Assembly (NCBI GenBank): GCA_963851445.1
Contig: CAWKPH010000001.1
Coordinates: forward strand, 233,363 to 297,362
DNA: 64,000 nt
Reading direction: 5' to 3'
From: an uncultured bacterium
GTDB taxonomy: Bacteria; Patescibacteriota; Minisyncoccia; Phycocordibacterales; Phycocordibacteraceae
Under the pieces are notes generated by a model. The model was not told the origin of the DNA and made no database searches. It saw only the letters and a program-made list of their open reading frames with translations. Shown piece after piece: positions 38,203 through 47,225 of the stretch (position 1 is the first letter of the stretch; the number at the start of each line of letters is the position of its first letter). The translations under genes were made by a program, and so were the position numbers.

Positions 38203-38581
38203 TTACGCCACATTCTAGCAGGTTTTCTGATTTTATAGAATCTAGGCCATATATTGCGTTCACACTGTGCAAATGCCCTCTTATATCTATTCGAGAATAA
38301 TCCTCTCTAGGTTTCTAATGTCCTTTCTGGTTCTATTTCTTACGTTCGTGGCTTTTAAAAATATAGCCAATTTACTGAGTATTTCTATAAATCACTTATA
38401 GAACATTGCTATATTTGCTGTCCTTTATCCCCACTATGCACAGAGTTGTCCACAGTTATTCACATGGGCGTCCTAAGGAGAGAGCCTGACTTACTACTTT
38501 TGGAGTAGTTTTATTATCCTCTAGTTCTTTGGTTATATCTCCAACTTTAAACTTTGGGGTGATGCTATCATTAAAACAATT

Positions 38582-39352
38582 ATGGAAAGGCCGAGCACCT
38601 ACACGTTGGTAGATAATCACCTGGTTCTTGATAATGATGAGCGTCGTTATATTCTCAAGGTCCGGGATCTACCACCAGCTGAAAAGCCTCGAGAAAAGAT
38701 GCTTTTACATGGCCCCGGAGCACTTTCTACTCAAGAGCTTCTCGCCGCGATACTCAATACCGGAACCATAAAAGAAGATGTTCTAGCCATGTCATTCCGA
38801 ATCATGAATGAATACGGCGAACGCAGTATTATGAACTCCAAGAATCCTAAGAAACTAGCGGCGGATCTTGATATACCTATTGGAAAAGCTATACAGATTG
38901 TGGCCACTGCGGAGCTTGGTCGACGTTTTTTCCATAAAAATACGGCAAATGCTCCTGTAATACGCACGGCAGAAGAAGTCTTTGAATATGTTAGGGATAT
39001 GCGAGGCCTACCGAAAGAATATCTACGGGGCTTGTATCTCAACTCACACTACAAAGTAATCCATGATGAAGTAATATCGGTTGGCACCATTGATGCCAAT
39101 ATTGTTCACCCTCGGGAGGTATTTAGGCCTGGACTCGAGTATGCTGCAGCTGGAATAATTCTTGTGCACAACCATCCTTCTGGTTCTTCTGAACCAAGTG
39201 AAAAAGACTGCGAAATAACCGAGCAACTTATTAGCGCAGGATCCATTCTTGGAATTGACCTCATTGATCATGTAATTGTCACTGAGGAAGGGTACAAAAG
39301 CGTGCCGGGAACCTATCAGAAAAATGCTAGCGAAACCCACGGGTCTAGGTAA
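38582..39352 (+). CDS. radC: RadC-like JAB/MPN-domain protein (UPF0758)
   Basis: N-terminal HhH-like region plus JAMM motif H-x-H (VHNHPSGSSEPSEKD) and upstream Glu. Confidence 0.85.
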   Translation: MERPSTYTLVDNHLVLDNDERRYILKVRDLPPAEKPREKMLLHGPGALSTQELLAAILNTGTIKEDVLAMSFRIMNEYGERSIMNSKNPKKLAADLDIPIGKAIQIVATAELGRRFFHKNTANAPVIRTAEEVFEYVRDMRGLPKEYLRGLYLNSHYKVIHDEVISVGTIDANIVHPREVFRPGLEYAAAGIILVHNHPSGSSEPSEKDCEITEQLISAGSILGIDLIDHVIVTEEGYKSVPGTYQKNASETHGSR

Positions 39353-39397
39353 ATTGCGCTTTGGGTTCTTTATAGCGGTACGTTATAATTTATCTGT

Positions 39398-40240
39398 ATG
39401 GAACAATCTCTTCTCGTAAAACCTTATTCCATTGGATCTCATATCAAAACCACAAGTCATGGCTCCACTGTAATACCCTCACCTTATTACACTCGATCGG
39501 GGGTAATTCAGTTCCTACGGGATAAAGAAACTCAACAAATAGAGGATCTGACTGCTGTCAGCCCGCACGCATTGCCGGGAGCAATAGCTCAAGCTCTAAG
39601 CGTAGCTCAATGCGATGGCTTGGCGTTTGCATACAAAAAATTTGTTATTGCCGGCGAACCAAAGATTCAAACCTTCCAAATGGGGTCCGCGACAAAAGGA
39701 AAAGGCACCATGAAGAGTATTGGCCTGGAGCGAGTCATCAGCCAGAATTGGAGTGTGTTTGGCAGCGTAAGTGGCATTAATTTAAAGATGTCTACGGCGA
39801 ATACTTTTAGAACTGATATTCAAATACGTCTCGAAAACACAGGCACTGGAGAGAGGTTGTTCTTTGAGCGATCCGTGCCATTCCCTATAACCGTATCCAT
39901 GGACCGCGGAGATGCAGTAAATTTGTATTATGCAAAAGGCGGGCTCACACATCCGGCGAAAGGTGACTTCCGAATCAATGTGTGGATACCATTTTTGTTA
40001 GAAAATGTTTATACAAAACAAATCGTTCCCCTCGCCTCAATTCCATCATTTGTAAAGCCGAAATTTCATGAATCGTTATGGTTTGTTGCTATTTTTGTTA
40101 CACTTATTTTCCCTCCTCTAGCGATGGCAATTGCATTATTGTATTTAATCGCGCGTTCAGTACGGGATAGAAAATGGAAAAAGGACCTGGAACTCGCCAA
40201 TATAGAACGTCTAAAGAATTCTGGGTTTCCTAAAAATTAA
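39398..40240 (+). CDS. hypothetical protein with a C-terminal TM anchor
   Basis: 280-aa ORF. Single strong TM near the C-terminus (LWFVAIFVTLIFPPLAMAIALLYLIA). No recognisable domain. Confidence 0.5.
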   Translation: MEQSLLVKPYSIGSHIKTTSHGSTVIPSPYYTRSGVIQFLRDKETQQIEDLTAVSPHALPGAIAQALSVAQCDGLAFAYKKFVIAGEPKIQTFQMGSATKGKGTMKSIGLERVISQNWSVFGSVSGINLKMSTANTFRTDIQIRLENTGTGERLFFERSVPFPITVSMDRGDAVNLYYAKGGLTHPAKGDFRINVWIPFLLENVYTKQIVPLASIPSFVKPKFHESLWFVAIFVTLIFPPLAMAIALLYLIARSVRDRKWKKDLELANIERLKNSGFPKN

Positions 40241-40256
40241 TAAAACCAAACTGCTG

Positions 40257-40327
40257 TGCGGATAAGGAGAATCGGACTCCTGTCTCGTCCTTGGCAAGGA
40301 CGCGTTCTACCACTAAACCATATCCGC
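40257..40327 (-). tRNA. tRNA-Gly (anticodon GCC)
   Basis: Reverse complement GCGGATATGGTTTAGTGGTAGAACGCGTCCTTGCCAAGGACGAGACAGGAGTCCGATTCTCCTTATCCGCA. Anticodon loop TTGCCAA. Confidence 0.8.
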
Positions 40328-41122
40328 TATTAGCGACGATGATAACATAATTCCTCAGTAGTTAGGAGGCTATTCTGTGCACCGTGTTGCCCCGCACCTC
40401 GAAACGGGGGCACTTCATGCAGTGAAGGCCTATCACTACAATTTTCAGGTGGATCTACCGTTCATATCGTCTTACCGCCCTGCAAGGAAGCTGCACACGA
40501 TGAAAGTGTCGAGCGATTATTTAACTCTTTGTACTCTAATTCGACCTGAATAATGCCTACTCTAGAGGTATCTTCCACGTTTTCCACATGTTCTACTCGT
40601 AAGCTTACTTATATAGGACATGTTAACGTATACTGTCCTATAGCTAGAAGGCCTCTAGCTATCCCACGGAAACACGAACTCCCAGTAGCTTGAACTACTG
40701 GGAGCTGTGCGTTATAGAGGCACTCTTCAAACTGCAAATACCTCAGATAAGAATTTCCGAATCTCACTTTCGGCCTTCAAGAGGCCTACACTGAGAGGCC
40801 GATAATTGCGACCGTCAATACATCTATAACTTTGCGATTTTTGCGACCCTCGACAAGTGCCAGTAAACGTCTGTTTGAATGCGTAAACCATCTTTCGTTT
40901 ACGCACCTCCCTTCTGCTTAAAGCGTGAAGAAGGCAGTCGCGAGTTTTTCTATAAGTAGTGATACCATAGGACAACTATGTGCTACTGCCCGAGGGCTAA
41001 ATCCTTCCCACGGATGGGAATTATCCTCAGTATAACCCACACTGCCTAGAGTGTGTCAATGTTGATAACTTTTCAACATCGATTTCCTGGTGTCTTTCGC
41101 AAATCGGCGCCACATTTAGGAC

Positions 41123-41347
41123 ATGGAGGAACCCGCTCCGCTGCCAGCTCGACGTCCTGGCGACCTCATTCTCGATCGCATTCTTCCTGACGCAGATGCT
41201 GATACGCGGGATCAGGCACGTGAATCCCTACGACGGTATGGCGTTGCGCTCCTCAGGCTCGGAGAACGAATCGACGAAAGCAAAAAGTTCGAGGTGGCCT
41301 ACGGTGTGGGTGAGGATCATGGCAAGCCGTGGAAAGCGAGTGCCTAA
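41123..41347 (+). CDS. small hypothetical GC-rich ORF
   Basis: 74 aa. No RBS or domain evidence. Confidence 0.25.
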   Translation: MEEPAPLPARRPGDLILDRILPDADADTRDQARESLRRYGVALLRLGERIDESKKFEVAYGVGEDHGKPWKASA

Positions 41348-41407
41348 AAATCCATCAAATACGGTGTTTTCGAGCACAAGGGTACACTTCACGCGCGTCG
41401 AATAAAG

Positions 41408-41481
41408 GGTGCCCCTGCCAGGACTCGAACCTGGAATCGCAGTTCCGAAGACTGATGTGATATCCGTTTCACCACAGGGGC
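41408..41481 (-). tRNA. tRNA-Arg (anticodon TCG, tentative); the 3' CC is encoded
   Basis: Reverse complement GCCCCTGTGGTGAAACGGATATCACATCAGTCTTCGGAACTGCGATTCCAGGTTCGAGTCCTGGCAGGGGCACC. Cloverleaf with one mismatch in the anticodon stem. Loop CTTCGGA. Confidence 0.6.
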
Positions 41482-41541
41482 GCTCAAAAAAGCATACGGC
41501 AGGCCTAGGAGAATAGCTAGCTGCGTACTAGTATTTCATCA

Positions 41542-43005
41542 ATGGACTTCCCTATCCCCAACGAAGTTACTTCTGTATCTGAAAAATTGCGTAGTGAAGG
41601 CTTCGAAGCATATATGGTGGGAGGATGCGTACGTGATGTACTTCTCGGACGTACTCCCAAAGATTGGGATATAACCACCAACGCAAAGCCTGAGGATATA
41701 CAGCGTATATTTCCAGACAATTATTATAGTAATGAATTTGGAACTGTTGGTGTTAAACGTGAAACTGATAATGAGCAGCTAAAAATAATTGAAGTTACTC
41801 CCTACCGTACTGAAACTGGCTATAGTGACAAGCGTCGACCAGACCAAGTAGAGTTCGGTGATAGTTTAGAGGAAGATCTCGCACGCCGGGATTTCACTAT
41901 AAACGCCATCGCATTCGATGAAAGTAAGGGACAGCTCATAGATCCGTATAAAGGACAAAAGGACATCGAATTAAAGGTTTTAAGGACAGTTGGTAATCCA
42001 GAAGAGCGCTTTGAAGAGGACGGGCTACGTCTGATGCGTGCGGTTCGTCTTGTAGCTGAATTGAATTTTGCCCTTGATGCTGACACTGCGGCCGCAATAC
42101 AAAGGACCGGGAAGAATTTGCAGCATATTTCAAAGGAACGAATTCGCGATGAGTTCATTCGTATCCTCAATTCTGATCAGCCCATGATGGCGCTTGCTCT
42201 GGCGCAGCAGCTCGGAATTCTTACCTACATTGCCCCGGATTTGACTCATGGGGTTGGAATTGAGCAAAACCAAGCTCATAGCTATGACGTATTTGGACAC
42301 CTCCTTAGAGCCGTACAGCACGCAGCTGATAAGAAGCTAAGTTTCGATGTGCGCCTTGCTGCCCTTTTTCACGATGTTGGCAAGCCAGCTACGCGCCGCT
42401 GGTCTGATGAGAAGAACGATTGGACCTTCTACGGCCATGATGTCGTTGGAGCCAAAATGACTAAAAAAGCACTTGAGGAACTCCGGTTTTCACGTGAAAC
42501 TGTAAATAAGGTCGTCAAATTAGTCAGGTGGCATATGTTCTTTTCCGATCCTGATCAAATAACGCTCTCTGCCGTGCGGCGCATGATTCAGAATGTTGGA
42601 GAGGAGAATATATGGGAACTATTGGAACTTCGAATTTGTGACCGTATTGGAACAGGACGACCAAAGGAGCAACCGTTTCGTTTCCGCAAATATAAGGCAA
42701 TGGTGGAAGAAGCCCTCAGAGACCCTATATCAGTTGCGCTTCTCAAAACCGACGGAGGCCATATAATGCAGCATTTTGAGATTCCACCGGGACCCAGAAT
42801 TGGCTGGATCTTGAATGCTCTACTTGAGGAGGTTCTTGATGATAAGTCACTAAATGAGCGAGAGTATTTGGATAAGCGCACGGCTGAATTGCTTATGCTT
42901 GATGACACAGCACTCAGGGAGCTGGGGGAATCCGGCAAGCGACGTAAGGAGGAAGAGGAGGAAGAGGAGATTAGGAAAATACTCGAAAAGAACCACGTAT
43001 CATAA
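41542..43005 (+). CDS. cca: CCA-adding tRNA nucleotidyltransferase with HD domain
   Basis: GGCVRDxLLG, DxD and RRDFTINAIA head-domain motifs. HD motif (FHDVGKP). Glu/Lys-rich C-terminal tail. Confidence 0.9.
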   Translation: MDFPIPNEVTSVSEKLRSEGFEAYMVGGCVRDVLLGRTPKDWDITTNAKPEDIQRIFPDNYYSNEFGTVGVKRETDNEQLKIIEVTPYRTETGYSDKRRPDQVEFGDSLEEDLARRDFTINAIAFDESKGQLIDPYKGQKDIELKVLRTVGNPEERFEEDGLRLMRAVRLVAELNFALDADTAAAIQRTGKNLQHISKERIRDEFIRILNSDQPMMALALAQQLGILTYIAPDLTHGVGIEQNQAHSYDVFGHLLRAVQHAADKKLSFDVRLAALFHDVGKPATRRWSDEKNDWTFYGHDVVGAKMTKKALEELRFSRETVNKVVKLVRWHMFFSDPDQITLSAVRRMIQNVGEENIWELLELRICDRIGTGRPKEQPFRFRKYKAMVEEALRDPISVALLKTDGGHIMQHFEIPPGPRIGWILNALLEEVLDDKSLNEREYLDKRTAELLMLDDTALRELGESGKRRKEEEEEEEIRKILEKNHVS

Positions 43006-43036
43006 GGCTTTAAAGGGTTCCACGTGAAAATAAAAA

Positions 43037-43092
43037 GAGGCCGAAGTCTTAAAATGTAGCTTTGTACACTTTGAGGCTTCGGCCTCTTAGTT
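43037..43092. terminator. long bidirectional hairpin terminator between cca and xth
   Basis: gaggccgaag ... cttcggcctc 10-bp stem with flanking A/T-runs. Confidence 0.55.
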
Positions 43093-43448
43093 TGGCTCTT
43101 AGGGTCTTAGGCGGAGGGCAAAATTGGGGAAAGGGGCAAAATGATGGGGCCCTCCAAGAGAATTCGATCCTAACAGCCCGATGCTGTGTTTTCACGTGTA
43201 ACCGCTCTCCCAACCTTTTATATTATTGGGGATACGCCCCGAATTCGTTGTTGGGGTAGTTTCACGTTAAACACTATGATAGAAAGAACTTATGAAAGAT
43301 CTATTAAAGAGCAGCCACTTCCGAGACGCTCTTTATTATCGTTCACAAGTCGCCTCGGTCTTTAAATATAATAGATTCATATAGGACATTGTAAAGGACA
43401 ACATGTGGACAACTTCGCATATAAGCATCTGTCCTATAGAACAGATGC

Positions 43449-44231
43449 TTATATCGTTATGGAAATGGGACAGTGGTCCGAACCATATATATCGGCGTGA
43501 ATTTCTGCCTTCTTTATATTCTTCACAAACTCCTGTGCAACAAAAAAGTAGTCAATGCGCCACCCAACATTGCGTTCGCGAGCATGAGTGAAGTTATCCC
43601 AATACGTATAAGCTTCCTTTCGGTTGGGGTTGAAATGCCGGTACATATCGACATACCCTGCATTTATCACTTCATCAATCCAGGCGCGTTCTTCCGGAAG
43701 AAAGCCTGTATTTGATTCGTTCTCCTTAGGTCGCGCCAAATCAATCTCTTCATGAGCTGTGTTCACGTCCCCACAAAAAATGACTGGCTTCTCTTTGCGG
43801 AGCTTCTCGCAAAAAGCTAGGAATGCATCGTAATAGCGAAGCTTGAAATCTATTCGCTCGGGACCTCGACCACCATTGGGGAAATAGATGTTGAGGAGCC
43901 AGAAGTCTTCATATTCCGCGCCAATTAGCCGCCCCTCCAGGTCGAACTCAGGGAATCCAAGTCCATATACTAGATTTAGAGGCTCAACCTTTGAGTACAA
44001 AGCCACACCGCTATATCCCTTACGCAATTGAGAGGAAGCGAAGAAAGGGGAGTACCCTCCAATATTCAGGAGCTCATCGGAAAGCTGCTCAGGACTTGCT
44101 TTTGTCTCTTGGAGCCCAAGAATATCGGGTTTAATCTCCTTCAGAAAGGTCTCCCAATACCCGTTTCTATGCACTGCTCGCAGGCCGTTAACATTCCAGG
44201 AGACGATACGCATAGGCACATTGTACGGCAT
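43449..44231 (-). CDS. xth: exodeoxyribonuclease III (AP endonuclease, Xth family)
   Basis: MRIVSWNVNGLRA, LQETK, GDVN and SDHCPI motifs. Confidence 0.9.
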   Translation of the reverse strand: MPYNVPMRIVSWNVNGLRAVHRNGYWETFLKEIKPDILGLQETKASPEQLSDELLNIGGYSPFFASSQLRKGYSGVALYSKVEPLNLVYGLGFPEFDLEGRLIGAEYEDFWLLNIYFPNGGRGPERIDFKLRYYDAFLAFCEKLRKEKPVIFCGDVNTAHEEIDLARPKENESNTGFLPEERAWIDEVINAGYVDMYRHFNPNRKEAYTYWDNFTHARERNVGWRIDYFFVAQEFVKNIKKAEIHADIYGSDHCPISITI

Positions 44232-44246
44232 TAGGTGCGTCTTTGT

Positions 44247-45194
44247 TTAGGCGCGTGAATGAAATTTTTTATGAACCTCCCGAAGATGGGCGTCTGTAAC
44301 ATGGGTATAAATTTGTGTCGTTGTGATCGAGGCATGACCGAGGAGTTGCTGAACTGAGCGAATATCTGCGCCATTTGAGAGCAGATCGGTAGCAAAGGAG
44401 TGACGAAGTATGTGGGGTGTTACTTTCTTTGTGATTCCCGCTTTGGCAGCATAGATCTTGATCATGCGTTCAACCGAACGAGGAGTAAGCCGGCTTGGCG
44501 TGCGTGTACTTTGTTTTTTGGGCCCTTCGTCTAATGCCTTACCCGCCGTTTTTGGGGGTGTCTGGAGTGGAATATTCACGAAAAGCGCTTCGTCCATGTC
44601 TTTACGAGCTTTTAGATACGTAGATACGGCGTTTTTTGCTCCCTGCGAGATGAATACGACCCGGACCTTATCTCCTTTACCGCGAACCGACATCTCATCG
44701 CGAGAGAGGTCAATGTCAGAATCGAGTGCGCAGAGTTCAGAAACACGCAGCCCTGTGGAAAAAAGGAGTTCCAGCATTGCCTTGTCGCGAAGAGATTTCA
44801 AATCGGTGCCGGTTGCCGACTCGATGAGACGATTGAGCTCGGTGGGAGTGATGAGATCAAGAGAGCGTTCTGGAAGTTTCGCTAGGTCTATCTTTTCAGG
44901 AGAAAGGGCAGGAATATCGCGCTTACGGAGGAATTTAAGGTAAGCGCGTAGTGCGATAAGGTAGTAATTCTGGGTTTTTCGCTTCATTGAAGCTGTTCCT
45001 GTTCCAGGCTGGCGGTTAAGCCACAAGCGGAATTCGCGAATCCTTTCCTCGGTAATATCTGAGGTATCCTTTATGCCCGCATGAGAGAAAAATCTCGTAA
45101 GATAGCGGTCATAATTCTCGATGGTTTTAACAGCACGACCTCGCTCAATCTCTGTATGCTCGAGAAATTGGCGTTTCATTACCTGTACATCCAT
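44247..45194 (-). CDS. tyrosine recombinase XerC/XerD family
   Basis: Core-binding N-domain. Catalytic R...HxxR...Y (HILRHSFAT ... ITTTQIYTHV). Confidence 0.9.
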   Translation of the reverse strand: MDVQVMKRQFLEHTEIERGRAVKTIENYDRYLTRFFSHAGIKDTSDITEERIREFRLWLNRQPGTGTASMKRKTQNYYLIALRAYLKFLRKRDIPALSPEKIDLAKLPERSLDLITPTELNRLIESATGTDLKSLRDKAMLELLFSTGLRVSELCALDSDIDLSRDEMSVRGKGDKVRVVFISQGAKNAVSTYLKARKDMDEALFVNIPLQTPPKTAGKALDEGPKKQSTRTPSRLTPRSVERMIKIYAAKAGITKKVTPHILRHSFATDLLSNGADIRSVQQLLGHASITTTQIYTHVTDAHLREVHKKFHSRA

Positions 45195-45273
45195 AAGGAT
45201 AGTATAGCGTGCCCATTATTGTGCGACCTACGCTAAAACTCCGTTTGTAGATTTTAGAATCTGTGTATAAATC

Positions 45274-45306
45274 GAAAAAAAGGTCGTCCGAGTATTGCAG
45301 ACGACC
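45274..45306 (-). terminator. intrinsic terminator for the minus-strand gene 45338..45712
   Basis: ggtcgtc-cgagtattgca-gacgacc hairpin followed, on the minus strand, by TTTTTTT. Confidence 0.55.
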
Positions 45307-45337
45307 ACTCAAGGTTCATGTAGAAGTTAGCTTCGAA

Positions 45338-45712
45338 TCAAGTCCAGCGAAGCTCGCCGCGTCTCCCCAAGTGAACTGGTGGGGCCACATAAGTGGCTGA
45401 CCCCCACTTTTGGTCTTCATTACAACGCCACTCAATGAAATGACCGCCGGACCAAATACGAAATGTGCCTCTGGGTGTGGGTGGTTCTACATGCGAGACC
45501 GTGCCCACGATCGACCAGCCAACATCTTCAGGTCTATTGCCGCTGGCAGTGAACTCGAATTCTCTGCCAAGGAGATCAGAGACTTTGTTCAACTGAAGAC
45601 CCGTAATCTCACGTATTATGTCAGGCACCTCATTGTCGGACTTTGGATCATGTATTCTGGTAGCTAATGCCACTGTAGTCATTGAAGACTCCCGTATCTG
45701 GAAGACGCGCAA
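45338..45712 (-). CDS. hypothetical protein
   Basis: 124-aa ORF. Terminator downstream. No domain recognised. Confidence 0.45.
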   Translation of the reverse strand: MRVFQIRESSMTTVALATRIHDPKSDNEVPDIIREITGLQLNKVSDLLGREFEFTASGNRPEDVGWSIVGTVSHVEPPTPRGTFRIWSGGHFIEWRCNEDQKWGSATYVAPPVHLGRRGELRWT

Positions 45713-45867
45713 GAAAGACCTCCCCTATATAAGACCGAATATTCAAGTGAAAGGTTACAGAGCGGGGGATGGATAAACGTAAACTCCGCGCCCTAGCGCG
45801 GAGTTTACGTTACCCTTCACTCATACTTGTGACGCTCTATTCGTTTGTCCTTACGCAGCCAGTGATA

Positions 45868-46062
45868 CTACTGATAAGCGTGGCTTGCGCTGGCGCTACT
45901 TTCTCCACTCATTGCTCCCCAGAGCCCGAGTATCGCAACGAGAGCACCACCGACAATTAGCGTCCACATCAGCGCCGCACCCGTGAGTCCAAGGAAGGCT
46001 GTTACGATGATCGCCAAACCAAGAACGACGTTAATCCAATGCTGCCACATACGAAATTCCAT
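45868..46062 (-). CDS. small two-TM membrane protein
   Basis: 64 aa with two clear hydrophobic helices. Preferred over the overlapping plus-strand ORF 45769..45960. Confidence 0.4.
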   Translation of the reverse strand: MEFRMWQHWINVVLGLAIIVTAFLGLTGAALMWTLIVGGALVAILGLWGAMSGESSASASHAYQ

Positions 46063-46277
46063 TTAGGGGCTGGTAATTTCGACCATGGCTACATAATAGA
46101 GAAAGATAGATGTAGATTTTATGAAGGAGCATAAGACTTTCCCATCGCCCTCTAGTGTCTTGTTCTAATGGAGGTCATTTGTTACGAGTAAACCTCTGAA
46201 AGCCAGGGTCTGGGAGCTTTCTTTGGATGACCCGAACACCCTTGCAAAATTAGTCAAGGTGTGGTATTCTACATCCA

Positions 46278-46544
46278 ATGCTTACAAAACGTGTAAAAAC
46301 AGCCACTATCAAGGCGGTGGCTATCCATCCGACTGACACCGGTTCTGCCGACGTACAAGTTGCGGTGCTTAGCCGTAAAATCGATGAATTGACCAGTCAT
46401 TTGAAGAAGAATCCTAAAGATTTTCATTCACGACGCGGTCTTCTTCAAATGGTTGCTGATCGTAGGGCACATCTGCGCTATCTTGAAAAGAACAACAAGC
46501 GCCGTTATAGCGTGCTTATCAAGAAGCTCGGTCTCAAGAAATAA
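46278..46544 (+). CDS. rpsO: 30S ribosomal protein S15
   Basis: TGSADVQVAVLSRKIDELTSHLKKNPKDFHSRRGLLQMVADRR. The canonical S15 sequence. Confidence 0.95.
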   Translation: MLTKRVKTATIKAVAIHPTDTGSADVQVAVLSRKIDELTSHLKKNPKDFHSRRGLLQMVADRRAHLRYLEKNNKRRYSVLIKKLGLKK

Positions 46545-46655
46545 TTTTGAAGAGCGGTTTACAAGCCGCTCTTTGTGTATAGGCAGGTGCTACCATAAGC
46601 AGAGAAGCAATGTGCTTCAATTTTAATAAATTTCATATTTTAGTTACGTAATTTT

Positions 46656-47168
46656 ATGCCAGTTATAAAACATAGTGCCCAGCGAGTCGGAGTCTTTATC
46701 GATACTCAAAATCTCTACCATAGTGCAAAACACCTCTATAAAAGCCGTGTAAACTTCCAAAAAGTCCTCGAGGAAGCAGTCGAGGGTCGTATTCTTGTGC
46801 GTGCGATCGCCTACGTTATCAGTACCGAGGGTGGGGAAGAGAACAATTTCTTTGATGCGCTTACAAAAATAGGGATTGAAACAAAAGTAAAGGGTCTCCA
46901 AGTCTTCGCAGATGGCGCTAAGAAAGCAGATTGGGACGTTGGACTTGCTATTGACGCCGTTAAACTCGCGCCGAAACTCGATACCGTCATTCTCGCAACG
47001 GGGGATGGTGATTTTGTACCGCTCATTGAATACCTTGATATGAATGAAGGATGCCAAGTAGAAGTAATTTCGTTTGGGAAATCATCTTCCTCAAAACTCA
47101 AGGAAGCCGCACATGGTTTTACCGACATGTGTGACGACCCGAAGAAATATTTGATCGGGAATCGGTAA
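46656..47168 (+). CDS. NYN-domain (LabA-like) protein
   Basis: VGVFIDTQNLY...ATGDGDF layout of NYN/LabA ribonuclease-like domains. Confidence 0.85.
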   Translation: MPVIKHSAQRVGVFIDTQNLYHSAKHLYKSRVNFQKVLEEAVEGRILVRAIAYVISTEGGEENNFFDALTKIGIETKVKGLQVFADGAKKADWDVGLAIDAVKLAPKLDTVILATGDGDFVPLIEYLDMNEGCQVEVISFGKSSSSKLKEAAHGFTDMCDDPKKYLIGNR

Positions 47169-47225
47169 GATTTTAACGTTCGTTGTTAAAAGCACGCCGC
47201 GTAGGAGAAAAAACCGGTTATACTT

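Noticed and set aside
40380-40500. Possible SRP RNA (CAAGGAAGCTGC motif)
   Set aside because: Only a partial resemblance to the domain IV GGAAG…AGCAGC motif. I could not reconstruct helix 8 or the 5'/3' pairing, so it is kept as a general ncRNA candidate in the findings, not as a feature.
46644-47128. Minus-strand ORFs 46644..47057 and 46811..47128 overlapping the NYN-domain gene
   Set aside because: The plus frame encodes a clear NYN/LabA domain. The antisense ORFs have no support.
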